Assembly: GCA_048886185.1 (NCBI GenBank)
Contig: JBHLKY010000009.1
Coordinates: forward strand, 1 to 32,000
DNA from: Candidatus Hermodarchaeota archaeon
Lineage (GTDB): Archaea; Asgardarchaeota; Heimdallarchaeia; Hodarchaeales; Hodarchaeaceae
Length of the DNA: 32,000 bases
Reading direction: 5' to 3'
Every line of letters starts with the position of its first letter. Position 1 is the stretch's first letter. Positions 1 to 9,550 of this stretch are shown one piece after another. Under the pieces are notes generated by a model. The model was not told the DNA's origin. It saw only the letters and a program-made list of their open reading frames with translations, and did not search any database. A program made the translations under genes and the position numbers.

Positions 1-35
1 AAATGATGCGACCCTATATTGTTCAATCAGTATAA

Positions 36-296
36 TTGAAACAAGGATGGAAAGATGCCATCCATTCATTTTTTTTTAAATTTCCACAATACAAAGAAAC
101 AATTAACGAAATTCCTCAACATATTTTATCTAAATTTCATAAGTTACCCTATCGTCTTCATGAAACTCAATGGCACGTTGAATCAGGTTTTTTGTTTCAT
201 CCATCAGGTCTAATGTTTCCTTCTGAATTAAAAAATGAATTCAACTATCGACAACCGATATTTCTTTTTTTGAATAAGACAATAGATAAAAAATAG
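36..296 (+). CDS. Hypothetical protein or gene remnant; the frame continues upstream past an in-frame TAA at 33-35
   Basis: 86-aa TTG-start ORF. The same frame reads ATG ATG CGA CCC TAT ATT GTT CAA TCA GTA TAA from position 3. No recognisable motif. Confidence 0.3.
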   Translation: MKQGWKDAIHSFFFKFPQYKETINEIPQHILSKFHKLPYRLHETQWHVESGFLFHPSGLMFPSELKNEFNYRQPIFLFLNKTIDKK

Positions 297-372
297 AAAA
301 ATCTATACTTAATTTCTAATTTTCTGGATGAAGATTCAATCTAACCACAATCATAAAATTTATTAATAAATA

Positions 373-423
373 CTTACCAAAAGTAACATAGTTACTAATA
401 GTAACTTATTGACTCGTAGTAAC
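373..423. promoter_or_regulatory. Three tandem 15-bp imperfect palindromes (GTTACT-N3-AGTAAC) with an 18-bp period; putative TetR operators
   Basis: 373-387 CTTACCAAAAGTAAC, 391-405 GTTACTAATAGTAAC (perfect arms), 409-423 TTGACTCGTAGTAAC. They lie between a TATA-like TTTATTAA (~359-366) and the TetR gene. Confidence 0.7.
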
Positions 424-439
424 ATTATTTGTAAAAATT

Positions 440-1117
440 TTGCTAAAGGTGTGTGATAATATTTCTACCCGATCTAGAAGAGAACGCGAAAAATTAAAAC
501 GGCGAAACGATATAATTGAGGCAGCAGAAAAACGATTCTTTGAAAAAGGATTTGATGAGGTTACTATGGACGATATCGCTAGAGATGTAGAACTTTCAAA
601 AGCAACGCTTTACTTGTACTTCAAGAATAAACAATCACTTTATTTTACTATAGTAATAAGAGGTATGGTTCTCCTTCGAGATACATTTAAAAAAGCCGTA
701 GAAAGCGAAACTGCGGGATTAAAGAAGGTTTTAGCTATTACTCATTCTTTTCAAGAATATATTCAGTTTTTTTCGAACTACTATCGTCTTAATCGTTCAG
801 TAAGAGCAGAACGCTTTATTAATATGCTTAAAAACAATGAAATTGAGGAGGCAGAGACTTACGTGGGATTAACAGTTGAATTACTTGAATTAGTAAAAAA
901 CGCTGTCATATCAGGTGTTAAGGATGGTACAATTAGAAAAGAACTAGATCCACTTCAAACAACTATGTTTTTAGGTGTGGTTATTGAAGCTGCTGCCCAA
1001 GTACCTCCTGAATACCAACTTCTCTTACAACAATTCGGATTAACCAAAGAAGAGTACATTCAACATTCGATTAATGTGTTATTACGAGGAATAGCTGGTA
1101 AACAAGCAAAAATATAA
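440..1117 (+). CDS. TetR/AcrR family transcriptional regulator
   Basis: N-terminal HTH IIEAAEKRFFEKGFDEVTMDDIARDVELSKATLYLYFKNK. The true start may lie slightly downstream of 440. Confidence 0.95.
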   Translation: MLKVCDNISTRSRREREKLKRRNDIIEAAEKRFFEKGFDEVTMDDIARDVELSKATLYLYFKNKQSLYFTIVIRGMVLLRDTFKKAVESETAGLKKVLAITHSFQEYIQFFSNYYRLNRSVRAERFINMLKNNEIEEAETYVGLTVELLELVKNAVISGVKDGTIRKELDPLQTTMFLGVVIEAAAQVPPEYQLLLQQFGLTKEEYIQHSINVLLRGIAGKQAKI

Positions 1118-1126
1118 TTAAGAAGT

Positions 1127-1822
1127 ATGAAAAAGATGAAAAAACGCAATAAAAACGCAACTCGAGTAACTGTATCAACTTTTGGAGTTATTCTAGGAAT
1201 AGCTGGAGTTGAGCATGGTATTGGTGAAATACTTCAGGGAAACATCGCTCCTAGCGGAATTATGATTGAATCATGGCCTAATTCAGATTTATACGAAATC
1301 TTATCCGGGGAACCTGCTGTGACAATCATTCCCAATATTCTCCTAACTGGAGTTCTAGCAATATTAATGTCTTTAATACTTATAATTTGGGCTATTAAAT
1401 TCATTCAAACAAAACATGGGGGTTCAGGTTTTATTTTTCTATCATTCGTATTTCTCCTTGTTGGTGGGGGATTAGCTGGCCCTCTATTAATTGGAATCAC
1501 AATTGGTTTGGCTGCAACAAGGATAAATTCGCAATTTAAATGGTGGAATGACCACGTTTCTGTTGAAATAAGAAGAGGATTATCAAAAATATGGCCGTAT
1601 TCATATGTTGCCTGTGTAATTGGCTGGTTCTCTCTCTGGCCAGGTGTAATCATCCTAGTATATTTTAGCGGATTTCAAAATTCATTACTTGTATACATTT
1701 CAGCGTTATTCAGCTTTACTACTCTTCTATTGACTATTTTTTCAGGATTTTCCTTTGATAGTTTCAATAATGTCTCTAAGAATAAACAAATAAAAAGTGA
1801 GGGGGTTGTGATTCATGTCTAA
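1127..1822 (+). CDS. Multi-pass membrane protein of unknown function
   Basis: About 6 hydrophobic segments; polar motifs EHGIGE and GEPA. Starts 9 nt after TetR and overlaps the next gene. Confidence 0.85.
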   Translation: MKKMKKRNKNATRVTVSTFGVILGIAGVEHGIGEILQGNIAPSGIMIESWPNSDLYEILSGEPAVTIIPNILLTGVLAILMSLILIIWAIKFIQTKHGGSGFIFLSFVFLLVGGGLAGPLLIGITIGLAATRINSQFKWWNDHVSVEIRRGLSKIWPYSYVACVIGWFSLWPGVIILVYFSGFQNSLLVYISALFSFTTLLLTIFSGFSFDSFNNVSKNKQIKSEGVVIHV

Positions 1823-2384
1823 AAAGATACTGATTGTGTATGGGACACGGTTTGGAAGTACAGAAGAGATATCACTCAATTTTAAACAAATACTAGAAAA
1901 AAAAGGCTTTTTAGTCGATTTAGTCAACTTAAAATCCAAAAAAAGTGGAAGTCCCAAGATATGCCATTATTCTGGTGTTTTAATAGGGAGTGGAATTCGG
2001 ATTGCTCGATGGACAAAAGAAGCTAAAAACTTTTTAAAAACGAATATCAAAGAAATAAATAAGAATAGGATGTTAGTTGGAATTTTTCTCAGTTCGGGAG
2101 AAGCCTCCGATCCAGAGAAAAGACCCGAAATAGTTGAAAAATATCTAGTAAAGGTTTTTAAAGAATTAGGCTTGGAACTAGGCGATCATATATTCTATGA
2201 TGCTTTTGGAGGAGTTTATGATCTATCGAAAAATACCAACCTGAATTGGATCAATAGAAAAATGTTGAGAACAGTAGCAAAAGAAGATCCTAAAATTGAT
2301 CCATATGGAAAAAGAGACTACCGTGATTGGGACCAAATCAATAAGTTTATTGATCAATTCATTGCTGGATTTCAAGGAACTTGA
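1815..2384 (+). CDS. Flavodoxin-domain protein (HemG/Flavodoxin_5-like)
   Basis: FMN-binding ILIVYGTRFGSTEEI, GSGIRIARW, AFGGVY, and C-terminal DYRDWDQI. Confidence 0.88.
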   Translation: MSKKILIVYGTRFGSTEEISLNFKQILEKKGFLVDLVNLKSKKSGSPKICHYSGVLIGSGIRIARWTKEAKNFLKTNIKEINKNRMLVGIFLSSGEASDPEKRPEIVEKYLVKVFKELGLELGDHIFYDAFGGVYDLSKNTNLNWINRKMLRTVAKEDPKIDPYGKRDYRDWDQINKFIDQFIAGFQGT

Positions 2385-2783
2385 GGGAATTTTCGTAAAC
2401 AGAAAAATAATTCTTTATCTTGGAGATAGACCGATTCTACACTTAATATCGGATCTATTCTCCCCGTCGTCTTCCTAGTTGACTATATTACTTGTATTTA
2501 TCAAATCTCATCTTTTACTGGTAGTGAATAGATTGGAATTATAAAACAGGACCAATTTCCCTTTTAATTACTCCCCATTTTCAATTTTCTCATATTTTGT
2601 GTGATTTTGATTGTCAATGTATATACGTTTTATATAAAAAATTTCTTTAACCAACGTTAAAGGACAAATTCAGATATTACGTAATAAAAAATCTCACGAA
2701 AGCTGTCTATTTTAATCATATTAATACAACTAATTCTTGTACTATCTTGCTTAACAGAATGATTAAAAGGAGGACAATGAACA

Positions 2784-2969
2784 ATGAAATGTACTTTGTG
2801 TAAGGAACAAATAAATAGTTATACTCCTGAATTTAATCAACTTGAGATTAATGAATCAATTAGTGTTCATATTTGTCAATCATGTGTGAATAAGTTTGTT
2901 AAATGGCAACAAAGAAAATACGCTAAATTATTTCCTACTAAACATGCTAAAAAGCTGTTTAAAGACTAA
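2784..2969 (+). CDS. Small CxxC...CxxC zinc-binding protein
   Basis: CTLC and CQSC motifs, basic C-terminus, strong SD AGGAGGA 9 nt upstream of the ATG. Confidence 0.8.
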   Translation: MKCTLCKEQINSYTPEFNQLEINESISVHICQSCVNKFVKWQQRKYAKLFPTKHAKKLFKD

Positions 2970-3292
2970 AACCTATGAAAGTCAGCTTTAACAATTATAA
3001 TTGGGGCTTAACGACAATGGAAAGTATATAACCAATGCTAATGTGTTACTAAAAGAATTTTATTCAGGAATAGTTTTTGTCTTATTATTTCATTCATAAG
3101 GAAAAACAGAAATAGAAATAATTCAGCTTTCTTATTCTTAACTGGAACCTCTATCACTTTAAGCACAATTAGACTCTTAGAAGAATGTGAGACTCAAAAT
3201 GCAATAAGCAGTATCTTGTCATTTGTGTTCCGATCCTCTTATTGATTAAATGGACAGTAATATCGACATTATTCAGTTAATATCTTTAGAGC

Positions 3293-4150
3293 TTATCCAA
3301 ATAATATAAATTTAAACAACATTGGTATTTTATGTGGCTTAACTAATATTGGGACTTTCTTTTTATAATTATGGTACTCTTGACCGAATCGTTCTATTAA
3401 TTCTTTTTCTTCAACAAATTTTAGGTGTATATTTATTCCTATTACAAACAAAATAAACGAACTCAATGCATACACGGATAAATACCCAATCCATCCTCCC
3501 AATCCAATTAAAATTACAGCAAAATATGTAGGATGTCTAACAACAGAATATATTTGGTTTTTCTTCAATTTGGATTCATTAGGATAATATATGTACACTA
3601 AGGCCATATAATCTATCCCAAAGACTGCAAAAGTTCTTATTATAGTAAGAAAGCCAACAAGAGTAATAATTAGCCCAAATATGAATGCTACTATAGATAA
3701 TGGTTGATTTCCAAGGAATAATGGAGAGGCTAGTTTTTGGGTGATGGGATTTATGGGTTTCCAAAATAATTCTATAGGAATTAATCTGTGGATAACAGTC
3801 GCAATTACTATTGGAATCCCTAAAAAACCAACTATTATTCCTTTTTGATATGCAGTTTCTCTTGATTCACTAAGAAGTCTTTCTCTTTTACTCCACACTC
3901 TTGAAATGAACATGAATCCAAGTGTAATAGAAACCATTTGCCCAAATATAGGTAAGAATGGCTCAATAATTATTAAAAATTGGTAATTAGGGTGTAAACT
4001 GGGTAAAATATACATCAGCACTAAAAATATGAGATTCAAACAACCAGCTAGTAACGCAATAAGAAAAATAATCATTATTTTTCTCCCAGAATAAGATGGC
4101 AGTTTTTCTCTAAATTTTTCCATCCCTTTGATATGCATTATCAATTTCAT
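3293..4150 (-). CDS. Isoprenylcysteine carboxyl methyltransferase / phospholipid methyltransferase family membrane protein
   Basis: Several TM segments; YSVVRHPTY and EEKELIERFGQEYHNYKKKVP motifs. Confidence 0.88.
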   Translation of the reverse strand: MKLIMHIKGMEKFREKLPSYSGRKIMIIFLIALLAGCLNLIFLVLMYILPSLHPNYQFLIIIEPFLPIFGQMVSITLGFMFISRVWSKRERLLSESRETAYQKGIIVGFLGIPIVIATVIHRLIPIELFWKPINPITQKLASPLFLGNQPLSIVAFIFGLIITLVGFLTIIRTFAVFGIDYMALVYIYYPNESKLKKNQIYSVVRHPTYFAVILIGLGGWIGYLSVYALSSFILFVIGINIHLKFVEEKELIERFGQEYHNYKKKVPILVKPHKIPMLFKFILFG

Positions 4151-4188
4151 CTCTTAATGAATCATTTTATTGGTCCCTTATTAATTAA

Positions 4189-4290
4189 ATGGAAGCACTA
4201 TTGGATTATACGCCAGAGATGGATTTCACCTTTACACCGATTTTTGAAGTTGCTAAATTCGTTGAATCATATCAAAAAATGCGAAAATAA
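4189..4290 (+). CDS. Possible 33-aa small ORF or gene remnant (MEALLDYTPEMDFTFTPIFEVAKFVESYQKMRK)
   Basis: ATG at 4189, TAA at 4288-4290, protein-like composition. Not in the supplied ORF track; no clear SD. Confidence 0.2.
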   Translation: MEALLDYTPEMDFTFTPIFEVAKFVESYQKMRK

Positions 4291-4345
4291 CTTAATTCAC
4301 TCTAAATCCACCTAACAACTCCATAGTTACATTTCATCCTCTTTC

Positions 4346-5281
4346 CTATTTTTTATAAGCAAGAAGAACCTCAAAATCATTGAGATCTGGCAGTAATTTT
4401 GCTAAATTAACTGCAATTGAAGAACTGGCATAGAAATGGAAATTAACTCTAAGGGGAACATCAGTCCAGCCTAATTTAACACATTCATTAGCTAACTCTA
4501 TAAGCATCCGATTCCATGCATCCCGATATTTTGGTCGTACAGCTGAAAATCTCAATAATATTCTTTTTTCCTTGCCAACAAGAACAGATGTTCCAGGTTG
4601 AACTCTCAGAATGGCACCTGTGGCGACAACTTGATCATTATAAAAAACTAAGACCGTATTTCCATCTTTGAGTACTTTACTTGCGAAGTAATTTGTTGCA
4701 ACTTCTCGGGTTAAGAATTGCCAGTTTGGATCTGCTTTACATAATTCAATGAGCTTTTCAAGATCTTCTTGTGTTGCAGCTCGACAAGTGTAGGATTGTA
4801 GCTCCTCTGTTATATTCCAATTACAGATTTTATCAATCTCGAAATCGTAAAAATAGTAATATAAGCGTTCTTTTTCAGAGAAACCTTTTTTTGTAAAAAA
4901 CTCTATTCTTTCATCAATACCTTCAACATTGAGTACTAGAGGAGCAGTGATTTCTAAGATTTTTTCCCTTTGTAGCAGATATGCAAAAAGCTCATCAAAT
5001 ATTTTTTCTTGTACTCCAGCGGGACAAGCTGATAAAGCCCAAGGATAACTTATATGCGTTCGGCCAATATGTGAAGTTGAATCTGTTGCTTGTACATATG
5101 CTAATGGGGCACCATCTTCTGTTAACGCGTATATAGTTGTTTTGGGGTCTTTTTTCTGATCCTTGTATCGTGATCTTATGTCTTCACCCGATACGGGGCG
5201 ACCTGTTACTTCTGAATAGATTTTTGCTTGAAGATCTTCTAATCCTTGATCTGGTTTATAATATCGATAAATGACTTTCAT
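4346..5281 (-). CDS. Tandem GNAT-fold protein (paralog of 6235..7170)
   Basis: Two GNAT-like halves (IYRYY.../LAYVQ; CRAATQEDLEKL/VVATG/SAVRPKY). 311 aa. The acetyl-CoA motif A is degenerate. Confidence 0.7.
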   Translation of the reverse strand: MKVIYRYYKPDQGLEDLQAKIYSEVTGRPVSGEDIRSRYKDQKKDPKTTIYALTEDGAPLAYVQATDSTSHIGRTHISYPWALSACPAGVQEKIFDELFAYLLQREKILEITAPLVLNVEGIDERIEFFTKKGFSEKERLYYYFYDFEIDKICNWNITEELQSYTCRAATQEDLEKLIELCKADPNWQFLTREVATNYFASKVLKDGNTVLVFYNDQVVATGAILRVQPGTSVLVGKEKRILLRFSAVRPKYRDAWNRMLIELANECVKLGWTDVPLRVNFHFYASSSIAVNLAKLLPDLNDFEVLLAYKK

Positions 5282-5307
5282 AATGCTCTTTCATCCTTGA
5301 ATTGTGA

Positions 5308-6204
5308 TTATATACATGTAAATTGCTCTTTTTTTGTTTTTCTATCAATTTTAAGTTGTTTGACATAACTATTCTTGAAAAAATCGTCGTGAGTATAAAT
5401 GGGAAATGTAGAACAATAATTCGTGATCTCAGTCAGGATTTCAACCGTTTGTTTATAGTCTCGTTGAACTATCTGCTTCATTTCAGGAGAGACAATGAGA
5501 GACTCAAGTATCTCAAAATATTCCTTCACACGATGATTCCATTTACCACGACTCCTCCGACCCAACCTATAAATAATTGGAGTTTCAATCTCTATAAATC
5601 TAAGACCTGATTCGGAAACGAATTGCCAGAACACTAAAGGAAAAGCATATCCAGCATGATAAAGATTATTTGGAAGTGTCTTCACCCTATATCCTTTTAG
5701 ACCACAGAAAGCATCGGTTATTTCTAAACCAAAACATTTGTTGATTGTTCTTGTAAGTAGCATGTTGAGGATGTACCGATCAAGTGGAACTTCTGTATTA
5801 TGATGCCAAAAGCGATAAGAGAGATAACGGCTTGTGGAAACTAGATCAATATCAGGATCAAAATGAAGGAGATCCAAGATCTCTCTAATGCTGAAAGGAG
5901 CGTGTTGTAGATCAGCATCAAAAGTAATTAATATATCATAGTTTAGTTTAGCTAGTTGAAATAATGTCAGAATCGTATTTCCATAACCATGGGGGCCATC
6001 TTCGTGCATAAGATACTGGAATGGGTATTGTTTCGCTAACTCCTTGTAGATCTTTCGAGATTTATCTGTACTTCCATCATCTACCACTACAACAGTTATG
6101 TCATATTCTGAACACTCGGTAGTTAGAAATTTGTAAAGAGAATGAATGCACTCAGATATGTATGCTTGTTCGTTATAAAGAGGGATTCCAATTAAGACCT
6201 TCAT
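5308..6204 (-). CDS. Glycosyltransferase family 2 (DPM1-like GT-A fold)
   Basis: IPLYNE, VVDDGSTD, GYG, FDADLQH (DxD), SRY and ITDAFCGLKGYR motifs. Confidence 0.93.
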   Translation of the reverse strand: MKVLIGIPLYNEQAYISECIHSLYKFLTTECSEYDITVVVVDDGSTDKSRKIYKELAKQYPFQYLMHEDGPHGYGNTILTLFQLAKLNYDILITFDADLQHAPFSIREILDLLHFDPDIDLVSTSRYLSYRFWHHNTEVPLDRYILNMLLTRTINKCFGLEITDAFCGLKGYRVKTLPNNLYHAGYAFPLVFWQFVSESGLRFIEIETPIIYRLGRRSRGKWNHRVKEYFEILESLIVSPEMKQIVQRDYKQTVEILTEITNYCSTFPIYTHDDFFKNSYVKQLKIDRKTKKEQFTCI

Positions 6205-6234
6205 TGATTTTTTACTCCAACTCTGGATACTATT

Positions 6235-7170
6235 TTAATCAGGAAGAGTAAAAAGAACTGCCATATCTTCGATTGAGTCTTGTAATTGGGCTAGATGGAC
6301 TGCATTCATTGAATACCCAAAAAATAATGTACTAATTCTCAAGGGAAGATTTTCCCAACCACTTTTGATACAATCTTTCGCAACTTCAATAAGCAATCTT
6401 CTCCAAGCGTAAGTATGTTCAGGACGGGTCGCTGATGTTAAACCAATTATTTCAAGGCCTTTATCTTTTCCCCTCGTTAAATTTCTTCGATATGGAAGAC
6501 CTATTGAGACTATCTGGTTGTCTTTAATGATCAGCTTGTTATTATCATCTCTTAGAAAAGTATTTTCAAGATAGTATGTAGTCTCCTCAACACTCGGGAA
6601 GACATCACGCATATAATTGTCCACATGACAGACTTCAATAATTTGTTCAAGGTCATCAATTGTACCTAATCTACACGTATAGGAGGCAATTTCATTAGTC
6701 ATTTCCCAAGTAGAAATCTCCAATAGATTGAAATCCATACTGTATACATAAAGATGCTCTTTTTCAACGAATTCTTTCTTCTGAAAAAAAGCAATACGTT
6801 CTTCAGTGGTTGGTGTTTCGAATACAACTTCACCAGCGATTACTTGGGGATGAATAGTGTCTTGTAACCATTTAAGTAATTCATCAAAGATCTTTTCTTG
6901 TGCTTCAGTAGGGCAGTCAGGTAGTGCCCATGGATAACTAACAATGTATGTTCCGGGTCTTGCGGCCCATCTACTAGTTTGAACATAAGCTAAAAGGTCT
7001 CCATCCTCCGTTAAAACATAACGAGCACTTAAAGGATCCCTTTTTTCACCTTTAAAACGTCTTTTAATCTCCTCAGCATCAGCAGGTAGTCCTGAAACTT
7101 TTGTATAGACTTTTGCTTGTTTCTCTTCCAGTCCTTGATTTGGTTCATAATGTCGATAAATCAATTTCAA
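6235..7170 (-). CDS. Tandem GNAT-fold protein (paralog of 4346..5281)
   Basis: 311 aa. Shares QGLE, LTEDG, LAYVQ, SYPWAL and QEKIFDEL with the paralog. TTG start. Confidence 0.7.
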   Translation of the reverse strand: MKLIYRHYEPNQGLEEKQAKVYTKVSGLPADAEEIKRRFKGEKRDPLSARYVLTEDGDLLAYVQTSRWAARPGTYIVSYPWALPDCPTEAQEKIFDELLKWLQDTIHPQVIAGEVVFETPTTEERIAFFQKKEFVEKEHLYVYSMDFNLLEISTWEMTNEIASYTCRLGTIDDLEQIIEVCHVDNYMRDVFPSVEETTYYLENTFLRDDNNKLIIKDNQIVSIGLPYRRNLTRGKDKGLEIIGLTSATRPEHTYAWRRLLIEVAKDCIKSGWENLPLRISTLFFGYSMNAVHLAQLQDSIEDMAVLFTLPD

Positions 7171-7373
7171 TGTAATCCTTTCTCCATCACTTCTTTGTTA
7201 GAAGAATTCCCATTTAGTGACATTAATTAACATGTACTGTCAATGATTGTAATCACATTTATTTAATTTACTATTGTGGCTAATCTTTAAATAGTCTTAA
7301 ATTTCCCTCTAACTTGAAGAAAAGTGATTAAATTCCAAGTTGAAAAACCTTTATTTCCCATGAGTGTCATAAT

Positions 7374-8060
7374 ATGAAAGATGGAAACAAATCGAATAAA
7401 AAAGCCTCAGAATATTGTTTTTATATTACATATAAACCACAAAATGTAAAATCAGTCTCAAGAGAGGAATTAGATTTAATCAAAGAACATTATCTGATTA
7501 TTTCCGCTTTAAGAAATAAAGTTATGAGTGCAAAAGATATCTATAATCTCTTTCGAAATCAAGAAACAGGGGACTATACTTATACTTTAAAAACAATTTA
7601 TCGTCATTTAGAAAAATTAGAAACTGCAGGAATAGTAACAGCTGCAGGCTATCGGGAAAAAAAGGGAACAAGATCGTGTGAAAAGGTATATTGTAGAACA
7701 GCGAAAATTTTTTTTCCTGAAATTGAAGAAGAAGACATAAAATGGTGGGAACTAGAAAATGGTAAACAATATGCTCAAATATTTAAAATCACATTATCTG
7801 AGCTATTGCAAAAATCAGAACCAGATAAGGAGTCGTTTAATAAACTATTCAAACAATTAAATCGACTTCAAATCAAAACAAGAAAAGAATTATTCGAAAA
7901 AGCTAGAAACAATGATGAACTTGCGGACTCTCTAAGTCAAATTGACATCAATAAATTAAATTCCATTGTTGATTTAGCAAGTATTCTTAAAGTTCTTTTA
8001 CAAGATCCATATTTGCTTAATCAGTTGCAAAAGCTCTTAAACATGAAAGAATCGAAATAA
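7374..8060 (+). CDS. Winged-helix (ArsR-like) transcriptional regulator
   Basis: MSAKDIY...TIYRHLEKLETAGIV...EKVYCRTAKIF; divergent from the GNAT-GT2-GNAT cassette. Confidence 0.8.
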   Translation: MKDGNKSNKKASEYCFYITYKPQNVKSVSREELDLIKEHYLIISALRNKVMSAKDIYNLFRNQETGDYTYTLKTIYRHLEKLETAGIVTAAGYREKKGTRSCEKVYCRTAKIFFPEIEEEDIKWWELENGKQYAQIFKITLSELLQKSEPDKESFNKLFKQLNRLQIKTRKELFEKARNNDELADSLSQIDINKLNSIVDLASILKVLLQDPYLLNQLQKLLNMKESK

Positions 8061-8233
8061 TCTGGAGGTTTTATTGGAATACTAGGATAGTTTCATTAAA
8101 AACATTATCTATTCTAATAGAGGAGAAATTATTTTTTAGGAGTGAATAAACTCAATACTAGCTTACACCAATTAAAAATGTTAGTTTGACAAAATTATTC
8201 TTAAAAAAAGAAACTACAAATTAAGGATCCCTT

Positions 8234-9550
8234 TTAGTCACAGGATCTTGCTTCTCCTGACTTATCAATTGCCCATTTTATAGCAATTGGGCCGATAATC
8301 TGAAAGATGATTGTAGAAGCGGTAATAGTATTCAGAATTAATAAACCCATCTCTGGAACTCCAAAAGATGAGAGCTTTCCAGATATAAGTACAGCTAATC
8401 CAAGAGCAACGCCTGCTTGAGAATATAAACATGGTCCCAAGTATCTTTTAACGACTGGTTCAGCTCTCACTAATGTCGCACCCAAAAAAGCTCCGATTGA
8501 TTTTGCGATCGTTCGACTCACAATATACAAAATTCCTAGAAAACCAATCTGTGCAAGAGACGATAAATCAAGATTGAGGCCTATCAGGACAAAAAATACT
8601 GCGACAATAGGTCTTACCATTCTATAGACTTCGTGAAAGATCTGATGTGGTTCATCTTCCGCAGTTTTGATTAGCTCCTGATCGATTTCAGCTATCATCT
8701 CATCCGCAGTAGCACCAAACAGTTCTGTGAAAAGTATTTTCTTTTGAGGATCGATTTCTGGTTTTTTACACAAACTAGCAATTGTTACACCAAAAACCAT
8801 GGTTGGCAAGATATAAGAAATACTCAAAAAACCAGAAATCCCAATACACACAAGAACAGATCCAAGAATTAAGCCTACATATTCAGCGTGCTCTTCTTCT
8901 CTGTTTAATTTTATTGATATTATCCCTCCTGCAACCAATCCTAGGAAAACAGAGAGGCATATATCAGTGAATACTGGTACAAATAAAATAACGAAGTCAA
9001 TCTTAATCCCCTCAAAAACAATCGTGGCATAATCAATTGCAAAATCTGTTAGTATTATTGCCAGAATATCATCGAGGGCGAGGATAATCATTGTTGTTGT
9101 AGTTAAAGGTCCTTTACAGTCATATTCCCAAAAGACAGCAGCAGTCCCTGCTGGAGCTGTGGCCGATGCTAAAGCTCCGAATAATAAAGCTAGATATAGT
9201 TCATTTGTGATCAGCAAGACAAGAAACATCACTAGAAAGAATGTCATAAAACCCTCAAATAGAAGGATTATGATCACTTTTGAAGACATAGATTTGATTG
9301 TTTTCCAATCTAACTCAGAACCTAAGTTGAATCCTATAAAACCTAAAGCTAATGCTACAACAGCATTTGTTATACCACTGTAACTTACTTGAAACAGTCC
9401 GAGCGGTCGAAGGATCAGCCCTGCTGCAATTCCAATTAAGATAAATCCTAAAATTTCTGGTAGATTTAGTTTCTTGAAAGTATCTGAACCTATAACCCCT
9501 AATGTGAGAATCAATCCTATTTCTAGTATAAGAGTTATCTCTGGTTCCAT
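8234..9550 (-). CDS. Cation:proton antiporter (Na_H_Exchanger, CPA2-like)
   Basis: About 12-13 TM segments; LPEILGFILIG, GFNLGSEL, ASATAPA, ALDDILA, RTIAK and QAGVAL motifs. Confidence 0.93.
   Translation of the reverse strand: MEPEITLILEIGLILTLGVIGSDTFKKLNLPEILGFILIGIAAGLILRPLGLFQVSYSGITNAVVALALGFIGFNLGSELDWKTIKSMSSKVIIILLFEGFMTFFLVMFLVLLITNELYLALLFGALASATAPAGTAAVFWEYDCKGPLTTTTMIILALDDILAIILTDFAIDYATIVFEGIKIDFVILFVPVFTDICLSVFLGLVAGGIISIKLNREEEHAEYVGLILGSVLVCIGISGFLSISYILPTMVFGVTIASLCKKPEIDPQKKILFTELFGATADEMIAEIDQELIKTAEDEPHQIFHEVYRMVRPIVAVFFVLIGLNLDLSSLAQIGFLGILYIVSRTIAKSIGAFLGATLVRAEPVVKRYLGPCLYSQAGVALGLAVLISGKLSSFGVPEMGLLILNTITASTIIFQIIGPIAIKWAIDKSGEARSCD

Noticed and set aside
3293-4150. 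ICMT-like enzyme acting on the Rab-like GTPase
   Set aside because: The GTPase has no C-terminal Cys, the genes are 20 kb apart, and the ICMT/PEMT family is widespread with other substrates.
7219-7255. TGACA-N15-TGTCA and TGATT-GT-AATCA palindromes between the GNAT cassette and the wHTH gene
   Set aside because: The arms are only 5 bp in AT-rich DNA and have no second copy to support them.
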